DNA of 64,000 nt from Squalus acanthias. Its lineage: Eukaryota. The notes beneath the pieces are model-generated. The model worked only from the letters and a program-made list of their open reading frames with translations, did not search any database and had not been told where the DNA came from. The position numbers were made by a program, and so were the translations under genes. The stretch lies in the NCBI GenBank assembly GCA_030390025.1, contig JASTWF010000036.1, positions 3,970,001 through 4,034,000 on the forward strand, given 5' to 3'. Shown here one piece after another: positions 1-12,205 of this stretch (its first letter is position 1; each line of letters begins with the position of its first letter).

Positions 1-199
1 TTTACTTTCACTGTACAAAGAGGGTTAAAAAAGCTGGAAGAATGACGGGAAGTCTCAAGAGCTCCCGCCCTGCAATGCTGCAGTCGTGCTCGACAAAGTC
101 ATGTACATTCAGGGATAGAATACTGTAGCCGTGCATAGCGGGCTGCAAAGAAAATCCATCACTCGCTCCTAGACTCGTGTCATTAAGTTTCATGCCATC

Positions 200-319
200 A
201 TTCGGATGAGACGTTAAACTGAAGCCCCGTCTGCCCTCTCAGGTGGACGTAAAAAAGCCCACGGCCACTATTTCAAAGACGAGCAGGGGAGTTCTTCCCC
301 GGTGTCCTGGCCAATATTA
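200..319 (+). mobile_element. Deu-domain SINE internal fragment
   Basis: TTCGGATGAGACGTTAAAC...CAGGTGGACGTAAAA...GGTGTCCTGGCCAATATT matches the body of the full SINE at 2762-3217. Confidence 0.8.
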
Positions 320-390
320 GCCGACCGCTACAGTCCTCTGATAGTGCCCGATCCGGTGTGGTCTCAGAAGCTAAGCAGAGTTCGGCTTGG
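320..390 (+). pseudogene. Degenerate 5S rRNA-derived fragment (5S pseudogene or SINE3 head)
   Basis: Ungapped resemblance to the 5' ~70 nt of vertebrate 5S rRNA, including GCCCGATC and TCTCAGAAGCTAAGCAG (A-box region); roughly 70% identity by eye; 3' part absent. Confidence 0.65.
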
Positions 391-854
391 AATTGTACAC
401 AATTGCAAGTGTACAGAGAAAATCGCAGCCTAATAATTTTTGCATCTGCACCTTAAATCAACCACTTCAATTCATGCAACACCTTTCACAATAAGGAACT
501 GTCCCAAAGTGCTTAGAAGGGCAGTGATGGATACTGAGCAGGAACCAGGGAGAAGTTAGAGGAGGTGACTTAGGGCATGGTTTGAGGAGACATTGGAAGG
601 TGGGAAAGGAATCTTTTATATATAAAAAAAAAATTGCAATAAAGCCCTCCACCACCACTTCTCCTTTGTGGTTCATCTCTGTGGTATCGTCCTTTCATGG
701 ATCCATTCCAACGTGTCCAAAAACTATGAATCAAAAGCAGTCTGTGGTTAGACAAAGTCCTACCACATAGCAATCCAAGCATTCCTGTCTCCATTTTCAC
801 CTGAGGTGCTTAAGCTTGGATGGTGCATGTTCATTTTCTTCCTTCAGTTTAGCT

Positions 855-1265
855 TGAAGTCCCTTGAGTTTAGAAGGTTAAGGGGTGATCTGATTGAGGT
901 GCTTCAAATGTTGAAAGGATTCGATAGGGTTGACAGAGAGAAACTATTTCCTCTGGTAGAGGAATCCAGCAAAAAGGGGGCACAACCTTAAAATGAAAGC
1001 TAGGCCATTTAGGAGTGAAATCAGGAAGCAGCACTTTATCACACAAAGGGTAGTGGAAATCTGGAATTCTATTCCTGCCCCCCGCAAAAAAAAGTTTGTG
1101 GATGTTGGGGGTCAATTGAAATTTTCAAGATTGATTTTTGTTAGGTTATCAAGGGATGTGGATCAAAGGCAGTTAAATGGAGTTGAGGTGCAATTAGCCA
1201 TGATCTAATAGAAGGGCGGAACAGGCTCCAGGGGATGAATGGCCTCCTCTCATTCCTATGTTCCT
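855..1265 (+). mobile_element. CR1 LINE 3' fragment
   Basis: Peptides [14 protein letters not shown]...FDRVDREKLFP and FRSEIRK..FTQRVVEIWNS, then CR1 3' UTR. Confidence 0.85.
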
Positions 1266-1429
1266 TTACACTATCAAGGCTTAGTAATCTCTACAAACCA
1301 GTTTCCTAATGATTCCATTAGCACTCAGTGTTACAACAAAGACAGAATTCAATAAAAGAATCCTAATTTATGATTATTTCTTTATCAAGTCACTAATGAA
1401 TGCAACAGCCAAATTGCACACAGCAAGAT

Positions 1430-1952
1430 TTTTTTTATTCATTCACAGGATGGGGGCATCGCTGGCAAGGTCAGCATTTATTGCCCATCACTAATTGCCC
1501 TTGAGAAGGTGGTGGTGAGCCAACGCCTTGAACCGCTGCAGTCCGTGAGGTGAAGGTGCTCCCACAGTGCTGTTAGGGAGGGAGTTCCAGGATTTTGACC
1601 CAGCGACGATGAAGGATCGGCGATATATTTCCAAGTCAGGATGGTGTGGAACTTGGAGGTGGTGGTGTTCCCATGCGCCTGCTGCCCTTGTCCTTCTAGG
1701 TGGAAGAGGTCGTGGGTTTGGGAGGTGCTGCCGAAGAAGCCTTGGCGAGTTGCTGCAGTGCATCTTGTAAATGGTACACACTGCAGCCACGGTACGCCGG
1801 TGGTGGAGGGAGTGAATGTTTAAGGTGGTGGATGGGGTGCCAATCAAGCGGGCTGCTTTGTCCTGGATGGTGTCGAGCTTCTTGAGTGTTGTTGGAGCTG
1901 CACTCATCCAGGCAAGTGGAGAGTATTCCATCACACTCCCTACTTGTGCCAT
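1430..1952 (-). mobile_element. Non-LTR retrotransposon 3' fragment (CR1/L2-group, here 'family B')
   Basis: ORF VMEYSPLAWMSAAPTTLKKLDTIQDKAARLI...SWNSLP plus 3' tail; near-identical to 27606-28770, which carries RT motifs. Confidence 0.85.
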
Positions 1953-2583
1953 AACGTAAACAGTGTGTTAATGAATCTTCTGTGAGAGAGCTAGTGCTCA
2001 AATGTTCAGAATCCCGGCCTAACGTTAAATGGTTTGAAAATGATACTGCTGCAATTATCATCTGAAGTGCAGGATGATGTTATCAGTTGAACCTGTGACA
2101 TCATCGAGCTTATCGGGTACAGGAGGGGAAACAATACTTTTGTGCACACATTGAAGGTATATATTCAGGATTTCATGTCCCCAATTTTCCTCTGATCCTC
2201 TCCTAACTCGTGCTGGGTTATGGATCCAAGGATACTGGCAGCCCTCCAGTGCAAATCATTTGAAAGTCCACATCGATAAATGTTGGACCTGTGTAGGGTG
2301 TCAGCTTTCCAGTCTCAGACAGCTATCGGTAACATCTGGCTCTGTGAGAGCTCTAAATGAGATGATTACAGAATAGAAGGGTCGAGATGGCATCATAATC
2401 AATGAGGCCTTATCTTGGCAAATGACATTGAAGTCCGAAATGTGGAATGCTCTTGAACGTGGCCCTGGAACTAGCTTTCATGCTCTTCTCTGAACGCTTC
2501 CCAATGCATCAATGTTCTTTAGAAGGATAGGTGACCAATGTACTTACACAACTCAGTGATCACTGTAATTTAAGCAGTGTAAC

Positions 2584-3770
2584 CACTTCCTGCTCTCTCG
2601 ACCCTATTTCCACTAAACTGCTGACCAGCCAACTTCCCTTCCTGGCCCTCATGCGAGCTGATATTGTAAATGCTTCCCTCTCCTCTGGTATTGTCCCACT
2701 CCCATTCAATTCTGCTGTCATCAACCCCTTCCTCAAAAAACCCTCCCTTTACCCCTATCACTGTGTCAGCTGTGGCTCAGTGGGTAGCACCCTCGCCTCT
2801 GGGTCAGAAGGTCGTGGGTTCAAGTCCCACTCCAGGGACTTGAGCACATAAAGCTAGGCTGACACTCCAGTGCAGTGCTGAGGGAGTGCTGCACTGTTGG
2901 AGGTGCCGTCTTTCGGATGAGACGTTAAGCCGAGGCCCCGTCTGCTCTCTCAGGTGGACGTAAAAGATCCCAAGGCACTATTTCGGACAAGAGCAGGGGG
3001 AGTTATCCCCAGTGTCCTGGCCAATCTTTATCCCTCAATCCACAGAACAAAAACAAATTATCTGGTCATTATCACATTGCTGTTTGCAAAATTGGCTGCT
3101 GCGTTTCCCACATTACAACAGTGACTACACTTCAAAAAGTACTTCATTGGCTGTAAAGTGCTTTGAGACATCCGGTGGTCATGAAAGGCGCTGTAGAAAT
3201 GCAAGTCTTTCTTTCTTCATTAAGTGGTAGTTCTTAAAGCAATAGTGTAACTCTTTGAGCCAAATCAGCACAGTCCTCTCCTTACACAGCTGAATAGCTG
3301 TATCCGGGGGTCGTTAACTATCATCTTCATAGTCTTTCTTTCTTTCTATCCGTGCAAGCTACCGCCCCATCTCCAACCTCCCTTTGCTCTCCAAAGTCCT
3401 TGAACATGTTGTCGCCTCTCAAATCCGTGCCCATCTTTCCCGCAACTCCATGCTTCACCCTCTAAAATCAGGTTTACTGAAACTGCTCTTATCAAAGTCA
3501 CAAATTACAGCCTATGTGACTGTGACCGTGGTAAACTATCCCTCCTCCTCCTTTTCGATCTCTCTCCAGCCTTTGACACAGATGACCACACTATCCTCCT
3601 CCAACGCCTCTCCTTCGTTGTCCAGCTGGGTGGGACTGCCCTATCTATCCAGTCGTAGCCAGAGAATTGCTTGCAATGGCTTCTCTTCCCGCTCCCGCAC
3701 CAATATCTCTGGAGTCCCTCAATGATCTATCCTTGCCACCCTCCTATTTCTCATCTACATGCTGCCCCGC
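2584..3770 (+). mobile_element. L2 LINE ORF2 fragment, interrupted by a SINE
   Basis: SCSLDPIST..ADIVNASLSSGIVP..KKPSL before the [25 protein letters not shown]...SRSQRI...GVPQ after it. Confidence 0.75.
2762..3217 (+). mobile_element. Full-length tRNA-derived Deu-domain SINE (SacSINE1-like)
   Basis: A box TGGCTCAGTGG, B box GGTTCAAGTCC, Deu-like body, 3' tail AAAGGCGCTGTAGAAATGCAAGTCTTTCTTT shared with L2 tails. Confidence 0.85.
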
Positions 3771-3910
3771 ATGGGACCTCCAGAGAGGTCCGCCATGGAG
3801 ACTCCAGAGAGGTCCGCCATGGAGACTCCAGAGAGGTCCGCCATGGAGACTCCAGAGAGGTCCGCCATGGAGACTCCAGAGAGGTCCGCCATGGAGACTC
3901 CAGAGAGGTC
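3770..3910. repeat. 24-bp tandem repeat, ~5.8 copies
   Basis: Unit CATGGAGACTCCAGAGAGGTCCGC. Confidence 0.95.
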
Positions 3911-4645
3911 AGTCTGCTGTTACAGTTTCTTGAATGTAACTGTTCAATAGGATGAATCAGCTGAGGCTTTCCCTTAACTTGGTGCACAGTCTACAGTCAA
4001 AAGATATCTTTTGGGAGGAGATGATGTCGGTAGAATACGTCAGCCACTCATGCTTATGGAGCCTGAATGCCTTTGCCACAACTGAAGACTACCAGCCTAG
4101 GATCCCGTGGAACTTCTTAGAAGTGAAGTAATTTCTTTTGAAGAAGTCAAACAAGCAAACGATTAGCTGTCTTCACAGCTTGGCAGGCAATGGGATACTG
4201 GCCTGAAATGGTCATGTTACTTTAGGCAATTTCCCCCAGACTGATTTCATCACAACAGAAATTATGCATCTGTCTGTCAAAGCTGCATATATTAACATTT
4301 TAAATATAGCACCCCAGCAATTAGTGGGAACTGTCTTTATCACCTAATCAATGATAAACCAGCCCTGCCTGGTTCATGCAGATGCAATACCTCTATTCCA
4401 CCATTTTGTCCTTAGCTAAAAGAGTAGCCTCCATTTTAAACCCTGCTTCCTTGAAACTATATAAAACTAAAGGCAGAAATTCCTATTTTTGTCACAGTGA
4501 GGAACACTGGCTCTAATAAGGAAGTGACTTCACGGTACCGTTGGCAACAGAACATGCAGAACCTACATTGCTTGTTATTTAAATGATCTGTTTTAAACCT
4601 GCTAAAACTTTCCTCCTGCGACTCTAGTGATATATGTATCGTATA

Positions 4646-5098
4646 CATCCAGGACAAAGCAGCCCGCTTGATGGGCACCCCATCCACCACCTTAAACATT
4701 CACTCCCTCCGCCACCGGCGCACCGTGGCTGCAGTGTGTACCATCTACAAGATGCACTGCAGCAACTCGCCAAGGCTTCTTCGGCAGCACCTCCCAAACC
4801 CGCGACCTCTTCCACCTAGAAGGACAAGGGCAGCAGGCACATGGGAACACCACCACCTCCAAGTTCCCCTCCAAGTCACACACCATCCTGACTTGGAAAT
4901 ATATCGCCGATCCTTCATCGTCGCTGGGTCAAAATCCTGGAACTCCTTCCCTAACAGCACTGTGGGAGTACCTTCACCACACGGACTGCAGCGGTTCAAG
5001 AAGGCGGTTCACCTCCACCTTCTCAAGGGCAATTAGGGATGGGCAATAAATGCTGGCCTTGCCAGCGATGCCCACATCCTGTGAATGAATAAAAAAAT
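4646..5098 (+). mobile_element. LINE family B 3' fragment
   Basis: ORF 4668-5036 and tail GGCAATTAGGGATGGGCAATAAATGCTGGCC...GAATAAAAAAA. Confidence 0.85.
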
Positions 5099-5456
5099 AT
5101 CGATGCAGTTAAGATGTAGATCAGCCATAATCTAATTGAATGGCGGAACAGGTTCCAGAGGCTGAAAGGCCTCCTCCTGTTTCTATGATCTGCGAGTAGG
5201 TACAGCAACATTGCTCAAACCAAGCTGTACTTTCCCTCCCTCCCTCCCTGTAGAGGAGCCATGGGCCATGCTCAGACCCCACCCGGCTTCATGCTCCATT
5301 GACGCTAGTTTCTGCCTGGGCCCTAAGCTCTGGAATTCCCTCCCTAAACCTCTACACATCTCTCTCCTCCTTTACAACCCTCCGTAAAGGCTACCTCTTT
5401 GACCAAGCTTTTGGCTGGGTGTCAATTTTTGTCTTCTTACGCTCTTGTGAAGCACC

Positions 5457-5920
5457 TTGGAAAAGGTTCAGAGGAGATCAACAAGAATGATTCCTAGCAT
5501 AAAGAACTTTAGTTACTCAGATAGGCTTAAGCTGGGTCTATTTACTTTACAGCAGCGTAGACTTAGAGGCGAGTTGATAGAGGTCTATCAAATAATGAAA
5601 GGGCTGGATAACGTGTCTATTGATAGATTATTCCAGTTTGACAGATTGGGGAGGACCAGGGGACATGCGTTTAAACTACAAAGTGTAGGTGGACTGAATG
5701 TTGGGTGGTTCTTCATTTCTCAGAGAGTGGTGAGCCTCTGGAATACATTGCCGGCTGGTGGGCTGGGTGCTGACTCTGCATCTCCTTCAAGAAGGAGTTG
5801 GACCGGTTCCTGACTGGCGTAGAGATCGCATCATATAGAAGGTAAGTGTCTTTATTAATAACACTTGGCCCGTGTGATCGCCTGGACTGGTTTCGATCGC
5901 CTGAGGGGATCAGAGAGGAA
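5457..5920 (+). mobile_element. CR1-type LINE 3' fragment (divergent subfamily)
   Basis: EKVQRRSTRMIP...LGLFTLQQRRLRGELIEVY...RTRGH...SQRVVSLWNTLP. Confidence 0.8.
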
Positions 5921-5983
5921 TTCTCGTCAGTACACATGAAGAATAGCCATTTGGGTGAGGTACACAAGGCAGTCATTGCCCAT

Positions 5984-6407
5984 AAACATAGAAACATAGA
6001 ATCTAGGAGCAGGAGTAGGCCATTCGGCCCGTCGAGCCTGCTCCACCATTCAATACGATCATGGCTGATCATCCAAGTCCAGTACCCTGTCCCTGCTTTA
6101 ATCCCCACAGTACACATATCCCACCCTACCCCCGTAACCCCACGTATTTAATTCCCCCTAACATATCCCATCCTATCCCCACATATTTGATCCCCCCCTA
6201 ACACTAAGGGTCAATTTATCATAGCCAAATCAACCTAACCCGCACATTTTTGGACTGTGGGAGGAAACCGGAGCACCCGGAGGAAACCCACGCAGACACG
6301 GGGAGAATGTGCAAACTCCACACAGACAGTCACCCGAGGTCAGATTCGAACCCGGGTCCCTGGCGCTGTGAGGCACCAGTGCTAACCACTATGCCACTGT
6401 GTTGCCC
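5984..6407 (-). mobile_element. HE1-like V-SINE, full length
   Basis: Minus strand: tRNA head (TGGCATAGTGGTTAGC; GGTTCGAATC), V-domain GTGTGGAGTTTGCACATTCTCCCCGTGTCTGCGTGGGTTTCCTCCGGG, CR1-derived tail ending in TTCTATGT repeats. Confidence 0.88.
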
Positions 6408-7254
6408 ACAGTGTCCCCAGCATTAACAAGATGTCCCCAGCATTGCTCAGTGCCTTGCGAGAGGAGGGGACAAAACTGGAACCACTTCAGGTCAGTAATT
6501 TTGGGTGCTGTTCATCTCTAGTCTAAGGGGTTAAAACGTTCGTTAGTAATAGAGTGAATTCAAGTCCTAATTATTTGACTGGAAAATGTTAAGGAATGAT
6601 AAATATTAGTGTTAGAACTGTAATTGATATAAAATAGAAATAATTTATACCTTGTGATGGTGGGGGGAGGAACGATATAAAAAGCTGTCTGAAAACAGTG
6701 GAATAGAAGTGAAAAAACACAATCTCAAGGTATGGAAATAGCCCAGTACATTAAGCTTTCTTGTGATGTGGGCGTCGCTGGCAAAGGCGACATTTATTGC
6801 CCATCCCTAGTTGCCCTGATAAGGTGGTGGTGGGTAATGCTTTACCAAACTTGCCGGCAGGTTCAGTTCGGCGGCGCGATTTTACACCCCGCCCGATTTT
6901 GCTGTCGGTTGAAGTCAATTCTCTTGACTTGATACTTCTGTCCTCCTTCAAAACCATGTTCACACCATGGCGCTTTGAATGTGGTTTTGGTCACCGTACC
7001 CGAACCTCTCCTTTTTGCTGGATCCGCACTGCTCCTCCCAGATAGCATCTTTTATGACGGGAAAGGTGCTACATATGTTGGTTGTTTCTTCTTGTAACCA
7101 GCATTGTAATATAGTACTTCATCAAGTCCTTGGGATGTCCCAAAACACTGCACACACATCAAATTACTTTTGAAGTGTAATCACTGTTGTTTTGTAGGGA
7201 AATGCAACAGTCAACATCCCATAAACATCAAATGAGATAAATGACCGGTTGTTT

Positions 7255-7948
7255 TTTTTTATTTGTTCATGGGATGTGGGTGTCGCTGTCAAGGCCAGCA
7301 TTTATTGCCCATCCCTAGATGCCCTTGAGAAGGTGGTGGTGAGCCGCCTTCTTGAACCGCTGCAGTCCGTGTGGTGAAGGTACTCCCACAGTGCTGTTAG
7401 GGAGGGAGTTCCAGGATTTTGACCCAGCGACGATGAAGGATCGGCGATATATTTCCAAGTCAGGATGGTGTGTGACTTGGAGGGGAACTTGGAGGTGGTG
7501 GTGTTCCCATGCACCTGCTGCCCTTGTCCTTCTAGGTGGAAGAGGTCGCGGGTTTGGGAGGTGCTGCCGAAGAAGCCTTAGCGAGTTGCTGCAGTGCATC
7601 TTGTAAATGGTACACACTGCAGCCACGGTACACCGGTGGTGGAGGGAGTGAATGTTTAAGATGGTGGATGGGGTGCCAATCAAGCGGGCTGCTTTGTCTT
7701 GGATGGTGTCGAGCTTCTTGAGTGTTGTTGGAGCTGCACTCATCCAGGCAAGTGGAGAGTATTCCATCACACCCCTGACTTGTGCCTTGTAGTTGGTGGA
7801 AAGGCTTTGGGGAGTCAGGAGGTGAGACACTCGCTGCCGAATACCTAGCCTCTGACCTGCTCTTGTAGCCACAGTATTTATGTGGCTGGTCCAGTTAAGT
7901 TTCTGGACAATAGTGACCCCCCCAGGATGTTGATGGTGGGGGATTTGG
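7255..7948 (-). mobile_element. LINE family B 3' fragment
   Basis: ORF 7315-7872 with the same peptide as other copies. Confidence 0.85.
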
Positions 7949-8514
7949 CAGGTGGGTATGTTGTCTTAAACATACTTCTGTTTGTTCACCTGAGTAGTAA
8001 TCAATTCAGTCTTCTGGTTATAATCATTTTATTCTTTAACTACAGCATGAAAAGCAATTTACAAGCAGAGTATAGTCAAAGATAGAGTACGCGAACCTAG
8101 GCATGGGTCTTTTCGTGCTGCTTGAACAAAGGAAAAAGCTTATATTTATAGACTGTTTTCTTATCAAACTGGTATGGTATTCTTTGGCTACTGCATGGTC
8201 CAGAGAGACAAGTCTACATTTTCTTCAACACACATCAACAACGTTGGAAGCATATAAAAACACTGTGGCCTTGTTGTGGTAAGCATAAACCTTCTAGTCT
8301 CTAGACTTTCTTATTCTAACATAACATTTCTAATCTAAACTATGAAAATATCCAAGGCCATAGTTACCAAACACCGGCTGTTGCTAAGTGAAATCTGTGC
8401 CTCTCTCTCTCTCTCTCCAATGATACCAACCACATTTTCCTCCCTATATCGAATGAACTAAACATGAACACTTTTCAGAAGCTGAATTAACCGAGTTCCA
8501 TATGCCAACACCGC

Positions 8515-8820
8515 TTAATCTGTGTTTTGTTGGAATTGGCTGAGGGAGGAAGGGTGGCCAGGAAAGCTCCCTGCTCCTCTTCAAATCGTGCCGTGGGATC
8601 TTTTATGTCCATCTGAACAAGCAGACGGGGCCTCGGCTTAACGTCTTATTTTCCGACAGTGCAGCACTTTCTCAGCACTGCACTGCAGTGTCAGCCGAGA
8701 TTGGCTGCCGCGTTTCCTACATCACAACAGTGACTACACTTCCAAAGTACTTGAGTGGCTGTGGAGCCCTTTGGGACGTCCTGAGGTTGAGAGGCGCTCT
8801 ATAAATGCAGGTGTTTATTT
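8515..8820. mobile_element. Rearranged Deu-SINE fragments (minus-strand body followed by plus-strand tail)
   Basis: GGGATCTTTTATGTCCA..GACGGGGCCTCGG (minus) then TTGGCTGCCGCGTTTCCTACA..AAATGCAG (plus). Confidence 0.7.
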
Positions 8821-9476
8821 CTTTTGAGAAAATCGGGACCTCCGCACCCGATTCTTTAATCTACACTGTGGTGACGTGAGACTCCATGCTGGGAGTGGAG
8901 TCTCGCAATATTTCTCCCGTCTACCTTCTGTTATACGGAAATCCAATAATGAGCTGAAGTGTGTCTATTACTGCGGCTGTTCTGCGTGTCTTAGCTGAAT
9001 GAGCAACAACTGGCTCACGGGAGTGTAAACTCTCCTCGAGGGCTGATGCAATAACTGTGGAATAAAGAGATAATATAAAAAAATAACAAGCAGGCTGTGA
9101 CAATGCTCCTTACCACCGATACTTGGGGAGAGGCATTTTTGGCCAGCAAGAAGCTCAATGTGCACAAAGAGAAATCTCTTGTTATGAAGCACATGCCTTA
9201 TGTGGCTTGTGGGCAGAGGACTATGGCTTAAACCAGCATGACTAATGGACTTAATAACATAATGAATATCGAAGCATATTATTTATAATAGATACCAGAG
9301 AGTGTAATCTTATATCAGGATTCTGATGACATTCAGAATCTGCTTGTGCTTAGCTGTCAATTATATTCTATATATAATTCATGATCTCACATGAGACAGC
9401 TTGCTTCCATATATGTTTTAAGGATAATAAAATGCTCATTTTTCTTGCCCCTGTTTCGCTCCCTTCCCCCCCTCAG

Positions 9477-9618
9477 TTTAGTACCTCCTCCGATCAAGAA
9501 CTCGCCAACTGTGAACTCAAGCCCACATCCTACCGATCTATGGGGCCGAGCAGCATCGCTCTGTAACCATGGCACTGACTTTTCGAAAGTTAATCTCCAA
9601 ATTCAAAATGCAGCTTCG
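9477..9618 (+). CDS. Candidate internal exon of an unidentified host gene
   Basis: Long polypyrimidine tract + CAG acceptor, TCG|GTGAGT donor, open frame LVPPPIKNSPTVNSSPHPTDLWGRAASLCNHGTDFSKVNLQIQNAAS, no recognised repeat. Confidence 0.4.
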
Positions 9619-9989
9619 GTGAGTAAGGCTTGGCGGATGCCGGTTATCTATGCAAGCAGCACAGCACGATCCCGCAAGCACCACTGAAATGACTGACGAG
9701 CTCAGCAACCATGCGACGCAATAAAACCCAGATGTCTGCGTGCGGTTGGTGTTGGTTGAGGGAGAATGTTGGCCAATGCACAAGAGCCTGGATTTTCCTC
9801 TCCAGCGCAACTGCTGCTGGAAGTGTAGCAGGGCAGGGAGGGCCCTCTGCCCACCCGAAAGCACAGCGTTGCTTAGCTGGGAACTTGCCCATTTGGGGGC
9901 GGGGCGGGGGCCTGGGAAATAGCAAGCTGCCGCAGGATTTAAATGCCTGCAGCAGCTTAAAGGGCCAGGCACCATCTAAAGGCTTTTGG

Positions 9990-11760
9990 CTATTTGCCAG
10001 GAAAATGTCAGGCAAGTCTTCTGCCAGAGCCCCACTTCACAGATATTGAGGTGCTCCTGCAGGAGATCAAGGACAGGAGGGAAGCAGAGAAGAGGAAGGA
10101 GATGGCCAGGGTAGCCAGTGTCAATTCACAGCCACTCAATGGCGCAAGAAGCTTAACAACCTCACCATATCAGGCAAGGTAAGAACAGCCAGCTGCCTTC
10201 CAAGATGAGTTGTACTCCGCTTATCTGCCACTTGTAGCTCACTCCCTCTCACTGTGGGAAAGTGCTTGATGAACTTACCCTGGCAACCCCAGCCTTCATC
10301 AAGTGATCCTTCACTCATAGCCTGACATACAATCGCCCTACTAAAAGCCTCACATGGACAGTAATTGCTTGGTGAATTCACACGCACTCCCAACATGAGC
10401 TGCATGCAGAGAGCCGGGTTTTATTGCATCGCATGGTTACTGAATCGAATTTGACCCCTTTTGCCCTCCTTTTTTCTCGGCCAAAACAGTCTCGGACAGC
10501 TGAAAGAGGTTGGCGACGGTTGATAAACTCCCCCCCCCAAATCTCAGTCCTTTTGCCCACTACAAGGAGGAAGCGACAGAGCTCCTGGAGAAGGAGGCAA
10601 TAGAGGAAGTTGGAGAGGGTTAGGTGCCTGCTGCGGGCTCGTCGTGGACTCGTCAACTGCGCTCCTCAGCCGCCCATTCTAACCTCTCTTCTTCTGCTCT
10701 TCCAGAAAGGCCTGAGGAAGATTATATGCAAGAGGAAGAAAAAGACCCCTTGCTTCTAGCCCTGCCAGTACTTCATTGCACACGTTGCCAGTCAATCTTT
10801 TGCTCCCAAGCAGTAGCGCAGGCATCCACCCAGGTTGCTATTAGAAGAAGAACTAGAAAGGAGTGATGCACAGAGCGTGGGTGGGCAGAAGGAGCTGGGA
10901 TTGATCACGAGGAGGAAGACATTGCTGCCCAGAGGATCAGGAGATGTCCTTTCTGGGCTCGCTTCGCTAGAGTTTCGAAGAATGAGAGGGGATCTCATTG
11001 AAACTTATAAAATTCTAACAGGACTAGACAGACTAGATGCAGGAAGGATGTTCCCGATGGCCGGGGAGTCCAGAACCAGGGGTCACAGTCTAAGGATAAG
11101 GGGTAAGCCATTTAGGACTGAGATGAGGAGGAATTTCTTCACCCAGAGAGTGGTGAACCTGTGGAATTCTCTACCACAGAAAGCAGTTGAGGCCAATTCA
11201 TTAAATATATTCAAGAGGGAGTTAGATATATTTCTTAAGGCTAAAGGGATCAAAGGATATGGGGAGAAAGCAGGGTCAGGGTACTGAATTTGGATGATCA
11301 GCCATGATCGCATTGAATGGCGGAGCAGGCTCGAGCGGCCGAATGGCCTACTCCTGCTCCTATCTTCTATGCTATGCTTCTAGGAGCCTGGACCCAGATG
11401 TCACAAGTCCTGCTTTTAAAAGAACGATGCTTTCAGAGCATCGAGTATGTGCAGGCACTGGGGATGATGCCCAACACTGTGCAGAAGATGGCAGGTCAAT
11501 TGGCAGAACCCTGACAGATGATAGAATAATGCGGCGGACATCCCATATGACCTCCACTACCTGCTGTCTCAGTAAAAGGATAATTTGTAATAATGGCCAC
11601 ACTATCTCAGACACCGTGGTCTGGACTTTCCACTTCTGTGGAGTTGGGGCATATCTCCAGCGTGGCAGGAGACCTGCCAGCCGATCTTCTGGCCTCAGTG
11701 CCATTAACCCTTGGTGGCTCCCCAGCCTCCTCCAAAGAGTTCCCCTGGAGTCAACTAATC
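9990..11760 (+). pseudogene. Decayed Harbinger Myb/SANT-like gene relic, split by a CR1
   Basis: PHFTDIEVLLQEIKDRRE...QWRKKLNNLTISGK|GTAAG resembles exon 1 of the Myb gene at 32639; acidic exon-3-like segment after the acceptor at ~10705. Confidence 0.55.
10950..11380 (+). mobile_element. CR1 LINE 3' fragment
   Basis: LEFRRMRGDLIETYKILTGLDRLDAGRMFP...KGYGEKAG + CR1 3' UTR. Confidence 0.9.
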
Positions 11761-11789
11761 TTACCAGGGCAGCAGCTGAGATACTACAA

Positions 11790-12205
11790 AGAGAAAACTT
11801 GCATTTATATAGTGCCTTACACATCCTCCGGCTGGCTCCAAGCTCTTTACAACCAAAAGTTTACTTTTGAAGTGGAGACACTGTTGTTATGCAGGCAAAT
11901 ATGGCAGCCAATTTGCGGACAGCAAGATCCCACAAACAGAAAATGAATGAATGGCCCGATAATCTGCTTTTGGTGGTTTTGATTGAGGGATGAAATTTGG
12001 CCCGGATACAGAACGCCCCTACTCTTCTTCAAAATAGTGCCATGGGATCTTTCATGCTCACCTGGGCAGATAGGTGGGGCCTCAGTTTAACATCTCATCT
12101 GAAAGGAGGCTCCTCCGACAGTGCAGCACTCCCTCAGTACTGCACTGGGAGTGTTGGCCTGGATTATGTGCTCAATTACTGGAGTAGGACTTGAACCTAC
12201 AACTT
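11790..12205 (-). mobile_element. Deu-domain SINE
   Basis: Reverse complement of the body and tail of the 2762-3217 SINE. Confidence 0.8.

Noticed and set aside
1982..2065. Ig-like peptide LVLKCSESRPNVKWFEND
   Set aside because: Short, ends in a stop, no splice sites or second Cys; probably chance
6335..6407. Functional tRNA genes (also at 2762, 29540, 37070, 46690)
   Set aside because: tRNA-like A/B boxes are SINE heads followed by SINE bodies; no proper cloverleaf recognised
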